Below are positions 59,629 through 64,000 of a DNA stretch of 64,000 nucleotides, piece after piece; within the stretch, counting starts at the first letter, position 1; each line of letters opens with the position of its first letter. A program made the translations under genes and the position numbers. The DNA is taken from positions 17,872,102 through 17,936,101 of the forward strand of contig NC_057718.1 of the NCBI RefSeq assembly GCF_004010195.1, written 5' to 3'. The notes below the pieces were generated by a model that did no database searches, was not told where the DNA came from, and worked only from the letters and a program-made list of their open reading frames with translations. The DNA is from Chiloscyllium plagiosum. Lineage: Eukaryota.

Positions 59629-62600
59629 GACCTCCAGGTAGGAATAGCTACAAACAAGAAGAAACAGAATGTTCTTCCTTGGATTTGAGGCTTTGTAGAT
59701 TACGTATATGAGATCTTATAGGATGTATTCTCCAAAGAAACACACCATTCGTCCAACAGGTTCATGATGGTGATTGGTCTTTACTCATGGCATTTCAAAT
59801 CTCTTTTTACCAAAACCTATCAATGGGAAATCTATTCTCTTCTTCTTTACATGCTTCTAGGTAAGAATACCATCCGAAATAACTTTTTTTTTTGTAAATT
59901 GTGGATCAGTGATTGACTGAATGAATAAGCAAAAGACATGGTGAAATAGAATAATATCTAACCCAATGCCACTTTTCTCCATTCTTCACATCTTGAAGGT
60001 AAAATCCTCTCCTTTAGAATACCAAGTTGTCAAACACACCATATTCCAAAAGCACATATGAGTGGAGGGGGGCAAGGAACTATAAATTTCATTAATGAGA
60101 TTAATTTATAATGTCTTTTTACATGGCATATCAATTGTAAAGTATTTCTTAATAAATCTGTCATAACACAATTGTTAATCTTTCAGTGTGAATGGCACTG
60201 CACCTCAACAATTTTGTCTTGACACTGAAGGCCAGTCTTCTCTGGCAGCTGCTGTCGACACTGAAACTGACTCAAGGCTAAGCCAATCCATTCCATAAAA
60301 TATTATAATGCATTGCCTGCAGTGATTACAAAGCAGATAATCTAATCTTTAACGGTTTTACTCACATGGTTTATGACATCATCCTCAGTTAAACCTGCTG
60401 CATCTACTCTCCACTTAATGTACTTGTACATTGCATCTCCTAGATTTCTGCCTGTATAATTAACTACAGACACTTAGTATGTCAATATAAGAACATCGGC
60501 CACAGGAGAAAGTTTCATTACTGTTCCAGCTTCAATGTAAGTCTTTGGGGTCAAAAGATCTGAAAAATCCAGAAAATTCTAATTTGAAAGTTTATCTCAG
60601 GACACATATATTCTACGTACATACATATTCAATATTATAAAATATGTAACACATATGTTTAGTACTATGTGACTGCAGCTGATTGCTCTGGTTTTTTTAA
60701 AAAAATAGAAATATCTTAATAATTCAAGAAAGGTTGTTTTCGTCAGCTATTCTTTCAATTTCATTAATATTTCATCCTATGATTTTTTTGCAATGAGCAT
60801 CTTGTGGTAGTTTATTGCCTAACTCCTATGACCTGGATGATGGTAGAACTTTTTAGCCATTGAAATGGTACATGCACTGACATTAAAATTCCACAATCAC
60901 TGGGACGTAACAACAGAAGGAAGTCATTCAGTTATTTTAACTTGTTTCAATATTCAATTGGATCATGGCAGATTGGTATCTTAACACCAATAACCCATCC
61001 TGGTTCTGTAATCCAGTTACCAAAATTCTATTGAATTGAGTTTCGAAATTTTAAATTTGGGTTCAGTTTTTTAAAAAAATACAAATGTTGAAAAAAACAA
61101 ATTGCTGCAGATGTGAAACAAATGCCACTATCTGTAAAGATAAATGATGGGTCAATATTGGATTTAAGATTTGATCAATTACCCATATATTTCTAGGAAT
61201 GTCTGTTCTACCCAAACCATTATTACATGAAGATGCTATTATGTCTAATATATGTCATGAGAAAATTAGCATTGAGGGGGAGATTTGCTGATTTACAAAA
61301 TAATTTATGTTACCTGCAGGAACTTGATAAATAAAGAACATTTAACAATGAGTTATTACAAGGCAACAATCTCCAATTATGCACAATTAGTTGTTGTTTT
61401 CATAGAATTATGAAGATTACAGCAGCGAATTGAAATGTGATCATGTCCCTTACATCCTGAGTGCTTTTGTGGACACATCTACTGGGGACTGCATTTCATT
61501 TACTAAGGCCACCTTTATCCTATTGAATCAATTAGTTGCAAACCCTCCAGAGAGAATCAAATTTTGTTTCAACAAACTATTTAGGAATAAAGATGGATGT
61601 CAAAAAATTTAGATTTCAGTTGACAAGTAGAAGGGGAAGATCCCAAATTTCCTCACATTCAAGCCTTGGTCTAGTTCAGACATGGACTACTGTCTGTTGA
61701 CAACTGGTGGCTGTTTCTGCATGTATTCATTTTCATTACACAAACAGACAAGGCCTTCAGGGCAACTTCACTGACGTTCCAGCTTCTGACAATCTATAAA
61801 CTGTCACTAATAGGCCAAATAGTAAACAGGATTGTCAGCAATCATGTCTAAGGTTTTTCTCTAGAACTGTGCTGCAGAAGTTGAAGTAGTTATATTAAGA
61901 TATACATTTGCATTCACAAGAATGCCTATGTCCCGAATACTGCAAGACAAAAAGCTTCAACAAAAACATATTCTTTATTCCAGCAGTACTCTAGTTCTTT
62001 AATACCAAATGAAAAGTTGTTCGTCTATTTAGGAGTAATCATTCAGTGAGCTCAATCATCATTTGGTTTAGTGTTTAAACTGATAAAGTGTATGCTTTAT
62101 ATAACCGATAGAGCAAGTGCTAATGGACTAATTTACTATGGTGGGTATCGCAGCAAATAGTGATCGTTATTCACAAAGAGGATCATTTTGATTTTTGGTG
62201 CGAGCCTTGCATTGGCTTAAATTGAGAGGGATATCAGGGCAGATACAAAGCATGTAATTGATCCACTAGCAACACTTATGTACTCCAGTTGAGAATGAAA
62301 ATTAGTTCTTTAGTACACATTTCCCAGTAGAGGTCATTAGATAGTAATCAGGAAAATGAAACATGGGTTGATTTTGTTTTATTAAAAAATGTATCCCTTT
62401 CCTGGCCCTGAGGCACGGAGTCCAATTGTAGTTTACTGGCTGATGTCCAGAAAATAATCAGATAACTCAATAAAAAAATCAGAGTTCAAATATGGAACCC
62501 CTTTGGTCTTTATGGTTCACAAACAAAACACATCAAGTATTTACCCGCTAGACAATTGAGGGAGCTTGTTCACTGATTTTAAATTGAACTCAAACAATCC

Positions 62601-63876
62601 ACAAAGTAAATTGTAAGAAGAGTAAGGCATAATCCATAGTTTGACAAGCCCTGGTGTCAAATTAATGTTAGTGTGTGGGGAGTAATAAAGATCCATTTTG
62701 GTTCGGACATTTGATAACGTTGAGGGCAATAAACAGCCCAAGCAAATGCACTGATTAATGTCATCACGTGTTTACCTCACTAAATGCAACCTCTCAAATT
62801 GAGCTGCAATTTGTTTTTTTTTTAAGCAAGTCCCAAACCCATGACTTCCTGAACCTAGGAGGGGAGGTCAGCTGGAAGTAAGAAATTTATCGCCTCCAAG
62901 TTGAAGAACATCTGCCGATATCACGGTTTCCTACGTTGCGGCTCAATCAAAATAATGGAAGCTCCAATCTAATTGCACTATGTTTCAAGAAGACAAGTTT
63001 AGCATCCTTGAGCTTTTTCTGCTGGAAGAAATCAAGCAGGACCAAACCTCCACGTTGATGCTAGCCACAGGGAGTTGTGGCCTTGTAGAAGGAGGCCAAT
63101 TAAGAGACTATTTTTGCATTTGATGTCCAATTAAGCACAGTTGTCAGCGACGAGAGAGGCCAAAGATCTGAATGACCAGCAGTACCACTGGGAGACATGT
63201 ACTCCTGAGGCAGACAGGAGACTGCAATGTCCATAATAATGGAGGCAATCTCTGAAGCCCTCTGGTTTCAGGCCTACTTTGTATTGGGAGGTAGATGAGG
63301 GTGGGGTGGGTGGGAGGACGGATTATTGGAGACATTTGAAAACATCTCCACAAGATTTGAGTGTGGCTGTGGCCTTTGGCCCTCGCAGTTCAGTGTTGGG
63401 ACAGGGTGTGGATTTAGAGTAGCCATCAATTATATTCCGGCCAGAAACTGGAGGCCACCTTCAGGTACATGCAGATCTTTGGTCTTTGAATTGGAAGATC
63501 CTGATGGTGTCATTTCACTTCCTCCACCAATTGGCCACTGGTCAATGTTGTATCTAATTGCTAAACAGGGCTGGCATCTCTTGCAAAATAGTTCAATAGT
63601 GTTGTGCCTTTGGATGGTTGGTATCACTATTCTTGTTTTGGTACTGGTCTATGGGCAGTTAGTAGTTTGCAATGAATCATTAGGAATTTTCACCAGCTGT
63701 TTGACCTTAAGTATCAAGATTATTACACAACAGTAACAAGAGCAGTTTACACGAACCATTGTAGTAGTTAGCTTACACTAATACTAGGTTAAAATGATAG
63801 ATACATCTCCTCAGAGACAAAAGCTGGACCTTTGGCTGACTCACAGCCACAGACTAACAGACTCACCAAGTAACAG

Positions 63877-64000
63877 GGAGAAAGTGAGGACTGCAGATGC
63901 TGGAGACCAGAGTTGAAAAGTGTGGTGCTGGAAAAACACAGCAGGCCAGGCAGCATCCGAGGAGCAGGAGGATCGACATTTCGGGCATAAGCCCTTCTTC
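63877..64000 (-). mobile_element. Mini-PLE copy truncated by the window edge
   Basis: GGAGAAAGTGAGGACTGCAGATGCTGG...TTTCGGGCATAAGCCCTTCTTC; same subfamily as 58905-59126. Confidence 0.9.

Noticed and set aside
20558..64000. Recurrent hairpin GGGCTTATGCCC units as a CRISPR array or terminators
   Set aside because: The copies are dispersed, TSD-flanked and irregularly spaced, with no cas genes, in vertebrate DNA. The hairpin is hammerhead stem II.

Overview
This is eukaryotic, repeat-rich, apparently intergenic or intronic DNA. The repeat set (HE1/V-SINEs, CR1/HER1 LINEs, Deu-domain SINEs, Penelope-like elements) points to a shark genome; that assignment is an inference. I found no convincing host protein-coding exon, tRNA gene, rRNA gene or CRISPR array. 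The ORFs I could assign are transposon remnants or repeat-derived noise. The main signal is a dispersed family of miniature (about 110-440 bp) Penelope-like element (PLE) insertions made almost entirely of the PLE 3' repeat. That repeat contains a minimal type-I hammerhead ribozyme (CTGA[A/T/G]GA-A-stem II-GAAA-CG-T[C/T]) whose helix III is the self-complementary ACGT. Many copies are bounded by 10-17 bp target-site duplications (TSDs), and many are fold-backs, including a perfect palindrome with 141-bp arms at 42533-42815. Related PLE families in the window show compensatory changes in the ribozyme stems. One insertion (41728-42163) appears to have copied about 270 bp of nearby genomic DNA by switching template onto a neighbouring element. 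Coordinates were read by eye, so the boundaries of old repeats are approximate.
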